This document shows positions 53,582 through 63,722 of a DNA stretch of 64,000 nucleotides, piece by piece (the first letter of the stretch is position 1; every line of letters begins with the position of its first letter). Position numbers and translations under genes: made by a program. A model generated the notes under the pieces. The model saw only the letters and a list, made by a program, of their open reading frames with translations, had not been told where the DNA came from and did not search any database. The DNA is from Eledone cirrhosa. Taxonomy: Eukaryota. The DNA is taken from NCBI GenBank assembly GCA_964016885.1, contig OZ024744.1, positions 116,436,001 to 116,500,000 of the forward strand. Reading direction: 5' to 3'.

Positions 53582-53593
53582 CTAAAGGGTTAA

Positions 53594-53945
53594 GGTAGAT
53601 GGAAACCAGGGTTGGAGCTAGGACACAGCCCTGTTTCAGCCCTCCAGATTAGAAAAGTGCGTTCTCCCATTTTATCATGAAGCGTGACAATAAGGTCAAC
53701 AAAGTGATTTGGGAAGCCAAAGTGAAGCAGCACAGACCACACTGCCGGCTCAGTAACCGAAGTCTTTGTGAAAGTCCCAGAAGTTGAATACAAATGGCTG
53801 CTGCCCTCACACACCTTCTCCTCGCATGTCATATCAAGAGTTACCCAGGATTGTTGAAACCACATCGAGATTCTGGGAAAATTTAAGATTTTACTGGAAA
53901 TCTTACCGGCAATGGTGAGCAGGGAGAAACCGTGATAATTGTTGT
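53594..53945 (-). pseudogene. Decayed RTE-clade LINE reverse transcriptase fragment
   Basis: Translates as NNYHGFSLLTIAGKI... (compare NYRGISLLSIAGKI), then VWSVLLHFGFPNHFVDLIVTLHDKM, then after a frameshift GLKQGCVLAPTLVSIYL, which stops at the TTAA. Confidence 0.85.
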
Positions 53946-54895
53946 TCACTGACCGGTGTCCGAAGATGGTGATGATGTTGTTGTAAACTGACCGGTGTCC
54001 GAAGATGGTGATGATGTTGTTGTAAACTGACCGCCGGTGTCCGAAGATGGTGATGATGTTGTTGTAAACTGACCGCCGGTGTCCGAAGATGGCGATGATG
54101 TTGTTGTACACTGACCGCTGTCCGAAGATGGCGATGATGTTGTTGTACACTGACCGCCGGTGTCCGAAGATGGCGATGATGTTGTTGTACACTGACCGCT
54201 GTCCGAAGATGGCGATGATGTTGTTGTAAACTGACCGCCGGTGTCCGAAGATTATGATGATGATGTTGTAAACTGACCGCTGTCCAAAGATGGCGATGAT
54301 GTTGTTGTACATTGACCGCTGTCCGAAGATGGTGATGATGATGTTGTACACTGACCGGTGTCCGAAGATGGTGATGATGATGTTGTACACTGACCGCTGT
54401 CCGAAGATGGCGATGATGTTGTTGTAAACTGACCGCTGTCCGAAGATGGTGATGATGTTGTTGTACACTGACCGCTGTCCGAAGACGGCGATGATGTTGT
54501 TGTAAACTGACCGCTGTCCAAAGATGGCGATGATGTTGTTGTAAACTGACCGCTGTCCGAAGATGGTGATGATGTTGTTGTACATTGACCGCTGTCCAAA
54601 GATGGCGATGATGTTGTTGTAAACTGACCGCTGTCCGAAGATGGTGATGATGTTGTTGTACATTGACCGCTGTCCAAAGATGGCGATGATGTTGTTGTAA
54701 ACTGACCGCTGTCCGAAGATGGTGATGATGTTGTTGTACATTGACCGCTGTCCAAAGATGGCGATGATGTTGTACACTGACCGCTGTCCGAAGATGGCGA
54801 TGATGTTGTTGTAAACTGACCGCTGTCCGAAGATGGTGATGATGTTGTTGTACATTGACCGCTGTCCAAAGATGGCGATGATGTTGTATACTGAC
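53939..54895. repeat. 36-bp minisatellite (~26 copies, with 33- and 39-bp variants)
   Basis: Unit ACTGACCGCTGTCCGAAGATGG(T/C)GATGATGTTGTTGTA(A/C)-like, embedded in the RTE remnant. Confidence 0.97.
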
Positions 54896-55177
54896 AGGAG
54901 GAAGAGTCATCCATAGTTTGACAGGTTGCAGTTGAGAGTTTCTCAAGAGATCATCTGGGGTTTGAGGCTGAAAAGTTCATATTGTTATTGCAGCTCACCC
55001 CAATCTAGGTTTAGCTGGCCGCCTATAATCAGTGCTTGGCAAGGCTCTGGTGATACATCTTTCATAAATTGGGTCCTTGTCAACAATCCAGAATATGACA
55101 GTTTTTTTAACCTTGGATGTTGCCAGATTGTTTTATGGTGAGTTGGAAAACAGAAGAGGAAGTTTGTAACGCCCAGG
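54896..55177 (-). pseudogene. Decayed RTE-clade APE endonuclease / linker fragment
   Basis: My translation, with frameshifts: LGVTNFLFCFPTHHKTIWQHPRLKK/CHILDC (compare ITNT.F...KTTW.HPRSK.WH.LDY), then KDV/ITRALPSTDYR (compare TDHR), then DDLLRNSQLQPVKLWMTLPP. Confidence 0.75.
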
Positions 55178-58100
55178 CCGAGGATGACCTGCCAGAGATG
55201 GTGATTATCAGTGAGATGACCTACTACAGATGGTGATTGTCACTGTGATGACCTGTCAGAGATGGTGATTGTCAGTGAGATGACCTGCCAGAGATGGTGA
55301 TTGTCACCAAGGATGACCTGCCATTGATGGTGATTGTCACCAAGATAACCTGCCAGAGATGGTGATTGTCACTGAGATGACCTGTCAGAGATGGTTATTG
55401 TCACCAAGGATGACCCGCCAGAGATGGTGATTGTCAATGAGATGACCTGTCAGAGATGGTGATTGTCACCAAGATAACCTGCCAGAGATGGTGATTGTCA
55501 CCAAGGATGACCTGCCAGAGATGGTGATTGTCACTGTCATGACCTGCCAGAATGGTGATTGTCACCAAGGTTGACCTGCCAGAGATGGTGATTGTCACTG
55601 TGATGACCTGCCAGAGATGGTGATTGTCATTGTGATGACCTGCAAAAGATGGCGATTGTCACCAAGGATGACCTGCCAGAGATGGTGATTGTCACTGTGA
55701 TGACCTGCCAGAGATGGTGATTGTCACCAAGGATGGCCTGCCAGAGATGGTGATTGTCACCAAGGATGGCCTGCCAGAGATGGTGATTGTCACCAAGGAT
55801 GACCTGCCAGAGATGGTTATTGTCACTGTGATGACCTGCCAGAGATGGTGATTGTCAGTGAGATGACCTGCCAGAGATGGTGATTGTCATTGTGATGACC
55901 TGCAAGAGATGGCGATTGTCACTGTTGATGACCTGCCTGAGATGGTGATTGTCACCAAGGATGACCTGCCAGAGATGGTGATTGTCACTGAGATGACCTG
56001 TCAGAGATGGTGATTGTCACTGTCATGACCTGCCAGAATGGTGATTGTCACCAAGGATGACCTGCCAGAGATGGTGATTGTCACTGAGATGACCTGCCAG
56101 AGATGGTGATTGTCACTGTGATGACCTGCCAGAGATGGTGATTGTCACCAAGGATGACCTGCCAGAGATGGTGATTGTCACTGTGATGACCAGCCAGAGA
56201 TGGTGATTGTCACTGAGATGACCTGTCAGAGATGGTGATTGTCACCAAGGATGACCTGCCAGAGATGGTGATTGTCAGTGAGATGACTTGTCAGAGATGG
56301 TGATTGTCACTGAGATGACCTGCCAGAGATGGTGATTGTCACTGTCATGACCTGCCAGCGATGGTGATTGTCACCAAGGATGAACTGCCAGAGATGGTGA
56401 TTGTCACTGAGATGACCTGCCAGAGATAGTGATTGTCACCAAGGATGACCTGCCAGAGATGGTGATTGTCACTGTGATGACCTGCCAGAGATGGTGATTG
56501 TCACTGTGATGACCTGCCAGAGATGGTGATTGTCACCAAGGATGACCTGTCAGAGAAGGTGATTGTCACCAAGGATGACCTGCCAGAGATGGTGATTGTC
56601 ACTGTGATGACCTGCCAGAGATGGTGATTGTCACTGTGATGACCTGTCAGAGATGGTGATTGTCACTGTGATGACCTGTCAGAGATGGTGATTGTCACCA
56701 ACGATGACCTGCCAGAGATGGTGATTGTCAGTAAGATGACCTGCTAGAGATGGTGATTTTCAGTGAGATGACCTGTCAGAGATGGTGATTGTCACTGAGA
56801 TGACCTGTCAGAGATGGTGATTGTCACTGAGATGACCTGCCAGGGATGGTGATTGTCACCAAGGATGACCTGCCAGAGATGGTGATTGTCAGTAAGATGA
56901 CCTGCTAGAGATGGTGATTTTCAGTGAGATGACCTGCTAGAGATGGTGATTGTCACTGAGATGACCTGTCAGAGATGGTTATTGTCACTGAGATGACCTG
57001 CCAGAGATGGTGATTGTCACCAACGATGACCTGCCAGAGATGGTGATTGTCACTGTCATGACCTGCTAGAGATAGTGATTGTCACTGTGATGACCTGCCA
57101 GAATGGTGATTGTCACTGTGATGACCTGCCAGAATGGTGATTGTCACCAAGGATGACCTGCCAGAGATGGTTATTGTCACTGAGATGACCTGCCAGAGAT
57201 GGTGATTGTCAGTGAGATGACCTGCCAGAGATGGTGATTGGCAGTGAGATGACCAGCCAGAGCTAGTGATTGTCACTGTGATGACCTGCCAGAGATGGTG
57301 ATTGTCAGTGAGATGACCTGCCAGAGATGGTGATTGTCAGAGATGACCTGTCAGAGATGGTTATTGTCACCAAGGATGGCCTGCCAGAGATAGTGATTGT
57401 CACTGTGATGACCTGTCAGAGATGGTGATTGTCAGTGAGATGACCTGCCAGAGATGGTGATTGTCATTGTGATGACCTGCAAGAGATGGCGATTGTCACT
57501 GAGATGACCTGCCAGAGATGGTGATTGTCACCAAGGATGACCTACCAGAGATGGTTATTGTCACTGTGATGACCTGCCAGATATGGTGATTGTCAGTGAG
57601 ATGACCTGCCAGAGATGGTGATTGTCACCAAGGATGACCTGCCAGAGATTGTGATTGTCACTGTGATGACCTGCCAGAGATGGTGATTGTCAGTGAGATG
57701 ACCTGCCAGAGATGGTGATTGTCATTGTGATGACCTGCAAGAGATGGCGATTGTCACTGTTGATGACCTGCCTGAGATGGTGATTGTCACCAAGGATGAC
57801 CTGCCATAGTTGATGATTGTCACCACGATAACTTGCCAGAGATGGTGATTTTCACTGTCATGACCTGTCAGAGATGGTGATTGTCACCAAGGATGACCTG
57901 CCAGAGATGGTGATTGTCACTGTGATGACCTGCCAGAGATGGTGATTGTCACCAACGATGACCTGCCAGAGATGGTAATTGTCACTGAGATGACCTGCCA
58001 GAGATGGTGATTGTCACTGAGATGACCTGCCAGAGATGGTGATTGTCACTGTGATGACCTGCCAGAATGGTGATTGTCACCAAGGATGACCTGCCAGAGA

Positions 58101-59793
58101 TGGTTATTGTCACTGAGATGACCTGCCAGAGATGGTGATTGTCACCAAGGATGACCTGCCAGAGATGGTGATTGTCACCAAGGATGACCTGCCAGAGATG
58201 GTGATTGTCACTGTGATGACCTGCCAGAGATGGTGATTGTCACTGTGATGACCTGCCAGAGATGGTGATTGTCACCAAGGATGACCTGCCAGAGATGGTG
58301 ATTGTCACTGTCATGACCTGCCAGAGATGGTGATTGTCACCAAGGATGACCTGCCAGAGATGGTGATTGTCACTGTGATGACCTGCCAGAGATGGTGATT
58401 GTCACTGAGATGACCTGCCAGAGATGGTGATTGTCACCAAGGGTGACCTGCCAGAGATGGTGATTGTCACCAAGGATGACCTGCCAGAGATGGTGATTGT
58501 CACTCTCATGACCTGCCAGCGATGGTGATTGTCACCAAGGATGACCTGCCAGAGATGGTGATTGTCACTGTGATGACCTGCCAGAGATGGTGATTGTCAC
58601 TGTGATGACCTGCCAGAGATGGTGATTGTCACCAAGGATGACCTGCCAGAGATGGTGATTGTCACTGTCATGACCTGCCAGAGATGGTGATTGTCACTGT
58701 GATGACCTGTCAGAGATGGTGATTGTCACCAACGATGACCTGCCAGAGATGGTGATTGTCAGTAAGATGACCTGCTAGAGATGGTGATTTTCAGTGAGAT
58801 GACCTGTCAGAGAAGGTGATTGTCACCAAGGATGACCTGCCAGAGATAGTGATTGTCACTGTGATGACCTGCCAGAGATGGTGATTGTCACCAAGGATGA
58901 CCTGCCAGAGATGGTGATTGTCACCAAGGATGACCTGCCAGAGATGGTTATTGTCAGAGATGACCTGTCAGAGATGGTTATTGTCAGTGAGATGACCTGC
59001 CAGAGATGGTGATTGTCAGTGAGATGACCTGCCAGAGATGGTGATTGTCAGTGAGATGACCTGCCAGAGATGGTGATTGTCAGTGAGATGACTTGTCAGA
59101 GATGGTGATTGTCACCAAGGATGACCTGCCAGAGATGGTGATTGTCACTGTCATGACCTGCCAGAGATGGTGATTGTCACTGAGATGACCTGCCAGAGAT
59201 AGTGATTGTCACTGTGATGACCTGCCAGAGATGGTGATTGTCACTGAGATGACCTGCCAGAGATAGTGATTGTCACTGTGATGACCTGCCAGAGATGGTG
59301 ATTGTCAACAAGGATGACCTGCCAGAGATGGTGATTGTCACTGAGATGACCTGCCAGAGATGGTGATTGTCACCAAGGATGACCTGCCAGAGATGGTGAT
59401 TGTCACTGTGATGACCTGCCATAGATGGTGATTGTCACCAAGGATGACCTGCCAGAGATGGTGATTGTCACTGTGATGACCTGCCAGAGATGGTGATTGA
59501 CACTGTCATGACCTGCCAGAGATGGTGATTGTCACTGTCATGACCTGCCAGAGATGGTGATTGTCACCAAGGATGACCTGCCATAGATGGTGATTGTCAC
59601 CAAGGATGACCTGCCAGAGATGGTGATTGTCACTGAGATGACCTGCCATAGATGGTGATTGTCACCAAGGATGACCTGCCAGAGATGGTGATTGTCACCA
59701 AGGATGACCTGCCAGAGATGGTGATTGTCACTGAGATGACCTGCCAGAGATGGTGATTGTCACTGTCATGACCTGTCAGAGATGGTGATTGTC
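55178..59793. repeat. 32/33-bp minisatellite (~140 copies)
   Basis: Constant GATGACCTGCCAGAGATGGTGATTGTCA followed by a variable 4-5 nt segment (CTGT, CTGA, GTGA, CCAAG, CCAAC, GTAA). Confidence 0.98.
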
Positions 59794-60218
59794 TAAAAGT
59801 TCCTTATACTCCGAAGAAGGGAATTTTAAGACCTGCATTACTTGGAGAGCAGAAGCAACAGTAACAACAAAAAACAAAAAACAAAGATTACCAACCGTGA
59901 CCATCCCCACTGAAAGTTTTCGTGAAATAGTCTTTTCAAGACTATACAGTGCATTTGAAATTGTCTCAAATTAAAGGATGAGTACTTTAGGCTTTGTTTT
60001 ATCATGAGTTAAGGCTCTAATGATTTTTCCCTGGATTTCTCTAAATTCTGTTGGATAAATCTATATCCTGATTCTTTTTCAATTGAGTTCGAATTATTTT
60101 TCCCATATCTTATGTTAACTATTTTCCCATTTTGACACTAGAGTCACTTATATATTATGGAATACTGTTAGCTTCTCGCTACAATAATTTCTATACTTTC
60201 ATTTATATATATATATAA

Positions 60219-60430
60219 CATCAACATCATTGTTTAACATTTATCTTCCACGCTAGCCTGGGTTTAGATGGGAATTGTCCCACTTGATGAAAGATTGGTC
60301 GGGTGACCATGTATCGCTCGTATAGGACTGTCTGGCAGGTTTTCTATGGCTGGATGCCCTTCCTAACACCAACCACGTTTACAGTGTGGACTGAGAGGTT
60401 TTTACCGTGTTTTTTGTTGTGACACCTACA
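60219..60430 (-). mobile_element. Retroposon (SINE or LINE 3'-end) fragment, copy 1
   Basis: A (CAT/CAA)n-like tail starts at 60219. GCTGGATGCCCTTCCTAACACCAACC (60349) followed by TTTACAGTG is shared with copy 2. Family assignment is from memory only. Confidence 0.55.
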
Positions 60431-60656
60431 CAACCTCATTTATTTTGAACTGGATGTTGTGGTACCAACATAACTTTACAGAGAAAGGGTGGTGTTGGTG
60501 GGAATGAGGTGGTGGAGTAGGGGTAGTGGGATGGGGTGTATGTTTGGTTAAGAGGTGCCTACTGACTGTAGGTTTCACTTTTGTAACATAGGCAAGGCGG
60601 GTCTTCTGTATTACTGCATAGTGCCAAAGATTTCGGACCAGTGAAATATATATATA

Positions 60657-60810
60657 TCATTTCATTCATTTATCATTTCATTTCATTTTACGTCCACTTT
60701 TCCCTGCTTGCAAGGGTGGGACGGGAACTGATTATTTCTACAGCTGGATGCCCTTCCTAACACCAACCTCATTTACAGTGAGTGCTGGGTGCTTTTTTGC
60801 CGTGGCACCT
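60657..60810 (-). mobile_element. Retroposon (SINE or LINE 3'-end) fragment, copy 2
   Basis: A (TCATT/TTCAT)n tail, then TTTACGTCCACTTTTCC, then the same GCTGGATGCCCTTCCTAACACCAACC core at 60743. Confidence 0.55.
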
Positions 60811-60854
60811 CCACGACCACTTTGCAGTGGAATGATACGGAACCCAGTCCCTAT

Positions 60855-60921
60855 CATCTCATTTCTACAGCTGAGTAAACTGGAGCAATGTGAAATAAAG
60901 TGTCTTGCTCAAGGAAACAAC
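60855..60921 (-). mobile_element. SINE fragment, CORE-like segment
   Basis: GAGTAAACTGGAGCAATGTGAAATAAAGTGTCTTGCTCAAGGAAACAAC resembles the reverse strand of the segment following the B-box in CORE-type SINEs (AAGTGACTTGCCCAAGG). Confidence 0.5.

Positions 60922-60945
<24 letters not shown>
60922..60945. repeat. (AT)n microsatellite
   Basis: Pure AT dinucleotide run. Confidence 0.9.
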
Positions 60946-60952
<7 letters not shown>

Positions 60953-61070
60953 GTTGGTAATTCAACAAATATAAATGTTTATAACTGATTCAGAACACTC
61001 AACAAGTTTTCTGGAGTATAATATATCAATGATATTAAATAAATGGAAACTATATTTATAAAACCATATT

Positions 61071-61131
61071 TATTCTATTATATATATTTCAAGGGTACCA
61101 ACATTTTGGTATGCTATCATCAGATAAAATA
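61071..61131 (-). ncRNA. Candidate minimal type I hammerhead ribozyme (degenerate stem II)
   Basis: The minus strand reads TATTTTAT-CTGATGA-TAGCATACCAA AATG TTGGTACCCTT-GAAA-TATATA-TA-ATAGAATA. Core boxes are intact, stem I is 8 bp, stem II contains TACCAA/TTGGTA, stem III is palindromic and the cleavage triplet is AUA. Confidence 0.6.
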
Positions 61132-62279
61132 CAGAATGTTTTATAAATATTTGACATAACCAATGATATACCTTAATGGTTCAAGTTTTTCCTGAAAAGT
61201 GAAGGGAAGCAAAAAAAAGTCAGATATTTCAAATTATTAAGATGAGTATGCAAATGAGGTTCATGTAAAAGGACTGAAAAAAACGTTATTTTAGATGCTA
61301 TGGAAAATTTAAATAATTATGATAAGTTATTGTATGCGTAGGAAAGAAGAGAAAGGAAGAAGGGCTAGGATTTACGTTCATTTTGGGGGAACAGATTTGT
61401 TACCTATATTATGAGTTATAATATTGTATATATAATCAATTAGATTATATGAAGAATTATGGTTGTAAGTATTTTTATCTTATTACATTAGGATAGGTTA
61501 TATGTATATAGATATCTATATATATATTAATAAATTGCGAATGTATTAATTGTTTATATATCAAATATGAGTTACGAAGGATTTTGAATTTGTACTTTAC
61601 TTAAAAAATAGGTGGTTCAAGTTGTGAGAGTAGAATAATTTGTAGATTCAAAAATTTTGTTCAACATTGAGAATGTTTCCAGAATATTGTTAATTTAACG
61701 AAGCTATATAGATTATCAAACAAAAAATCGTTATGTTTGCACGATTGAGAAGAATGTTTATGTTTGCAACGATTAAGAAAGGAAAGATAACTCCAATTTT
61801 GTTTGTTAACCATTAAAATTAGAGAAAAAATTATATATTATTTTGTGTGAGATCCATTATTTTAGTCGAAAGATGTGTGATTGTTAGGATAACAAAAAGA
61901 GAGAGGAAATATGTAATGTGTTTTTCGAAGAACTATCTTAAAGAGGATACATTTTCAGAACGTCATTTAAAGATTATCAATCTAGATCTAAAATATATTT
62001 ATAGGGATGTCCTTACAAAAAGAATGTCGGAATTAAAAATAATGTCAGAATTAAAATAATGTAGGAAATTAAAATATTAAGTATATATATTAAAAATATT
62101 ATAAATATTGGAGGTATAAAAAATTTCTGAAATATTAAAAATATAAAAAATATAAAAAAATATTTAAAAATATAAAAAATATTAAAAATAGTAAAAAATT
62201 TACATTTAAATTTTTTTAAACAAAATAGGATCATTTTGAAGGTTTATAGGGATATTATAAATTAAGAATAGTTCTGAAC

Positions 62280-62977
62280 GTGGAATTTTGGCGATGTTTG
62301 CAAGAAGAAAATAATTCTGTTCTGAGATTAATAGAGTTTTGACAGTTAATTATATAAAAAATTTCTTCGATACACAATTTACAGAATCCTGATAAAGCCG
62401 TATTTCAGTATGCATGTGCTTTTGAAATTTTTCTCCAAGATATTGAATATTCTATATTATTGTCTTTTAAATCCCATATAAGATGTGAAAGTGAAGTAGA
62501 AGATTTTTTATCAGATCTCCTGAGAGTATGATTATGGTTATTCCAGCGTTCTTTAAATTTTGTTGAAGTGGCACCAACATAGTTAAATATTTTGTCGCTA
62601 GTTTTAACTGTGCATTTATAAACTATGTTTTTGTCTAAACAATTATTTTGTAAAGGGCAGTTTGATTTGATTCTACAGTTACAATTACTAGAGTTATTGT
62701 TGTTCAGAACGGTACCATTATTCTGAGTATTGTTGTTAGAAATATTATTATTGCTATTTTGTTTAGTTTGGTTAGGGTTTAAATTTAAGTTTCTATTATT
62801 AATTCTATTTATATTTTGTGCGATGTTCATAGTAGTAGAGTAGGATAGTTTTATAGTGTGTCTGTTAAAAATAGAGTGGTATCTGTGGGCTTTAGGAAAA
62901 CATTTGTCTAGTGCTTTAAAGAATAGCTTTGCTAAAGGTGTTTTAATGTTTAATGAGAATGGGGGAGAGTACCAGAT
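62280..62977 (-). pseudogene. Penelope-like element 3' fragment: linker + GIY-YIG endonuclease (Neptune-like), one premature stop
   Basis: Reads IWYSPPFSLNIKT...DKCFPKAHRYHSIFNRHTIKLSYS...CNCRIKSNCPLQNNC...NIVYKC...YVGAT...FKERWNNH...TSLSHLIWDLK. After the TGA at 62407-05 it continues in frame as GFCKLCIEE...NLRTELFSSCKHR. Confidence 0.88.
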
Positions 62978-63206
62978 AAATGAACACTGGCGAGACCTTC
63001 AAGATAGAAAAGAATCATCAGTACTCCACCAACATGGTAAAATAGAACACAAGGGTAAATTAGAGAACATAGAAATAAAAATAGAATCTACACACAGAAA
63101 AGACGCAATGTTTAGACAAATCACAGAGGCAATAAACATAAATGAACTCCAACCAAAATTAAATAGAAAACATGAATGGAATAGCAACATCACAACTTAC
63201 AATTAA
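62973..63206 (+). pseudogene. C-terminal half of a second, different Penelope-like GIY-YIG endonuclease
   Basis: INEHWRDLQDRKESSVLHQHGKIEH...IKIESTHRKDAMFRQITEAININELQPKLNRKHEW fits the EH...S.L..H...R...EA..I....P.LN pattern. Confidence 0.7.
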
Positions 63207-63403
63207 GGACAAAATGAAAACACACACACATAGAACAAACAACCAACCAGTAACATGTAAATAAACAAATAAATGAACAAATAAAAACACACACAGACAC
63301 CCGGATGTAACACATGCGCAAACTAAGCACACAACACACACAAAAACAAGATGGCGTAGGACAGAACAAAGGAGAGGCACAAAACAAAGAAAAGAATGAC
63401 CCA

Positions 63404-63446
63404 GTCACTGAAGAGGTCACAGAATGTGCGACGAAAGAACTTTGAC
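63404..63446 (+). ncRNA. Candidate minimal type I hammerhead ribozyme in the Penelope 3' region
   Basis: GTCA-CTGAAGA-GGTCACAGAATGTGCGAC-GAAA-G AA C-TT-TGAC. Core boxes are present, stem I is GTCA/TGAC, stem II is imperfect, stem III is very short and the cleavage triplet is CUU. Confidence 0.5.
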
Positions 63447-63662
63447 AATATATGAACAACCGTCCGGTTGTGGAACCAACCAACCAACCAACCGCAAATT
63501 TATAAATTTTTAAATTTATAATTTAATTTATAATAAATTTGAGTGAAAGCAACTGGTGCGTGTGTTTCTTATTGGCAACATGACCCTCCCAAAGTATAAC
63601 AATATCGGTTTCAACACACGTTTTCAGATAAAGAATCTTGCTAAACAAATTCAGAAACGAAA

Positions 63663-63668
<6 letters not shown>

Positions 63669-63718
<50 letters not shown>
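63669..63718. repeat. (TA)n microsatellite
   Basis: About 25 pure TA units. Confidence 0.95.

Positions 63719-63722
<4 letters not shown>

Larger units (their letters stand above)
46231..53593. mobile_element. Non-autonomous TTAA-targeting (piggyBac-like) TIR element carrying nested insertions
   Basis: TTAA(46231-34)+CCCTTTAGCATTTA(46235-48) and TAAATGCTAAAGGG(53576-89)+TTAA(53590-93) form a perfect 14-bp inverted repeat with CCC...GGG termini and TTAA on both sides. No transposase is present. The two ends could alternatively come from two separate copies. Confidence 0.8.

Noticed and set aside
55178-59793. CRISPR-like array (28-nt constant repeat)
   Set aside because: Intervening segments are 4-5 nt and reused, there are no unique spacers or cas genes, and the context is eukaryotic.
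59794-59885. Possible minus-strand splice acceptor (T-rich tract...TGCAG) leading into the minisatellite
   Set aside because: The only open frame hits TGA in the first repeat unit, and no other exon evidence was seen.
62856-63206. 116-aa plus-strand ORF as a single gene
   Set aside because: It is chimeric: the first third is antisense to the other Penelope fragment and only the part after ~62973 is GIY-YIG-like.
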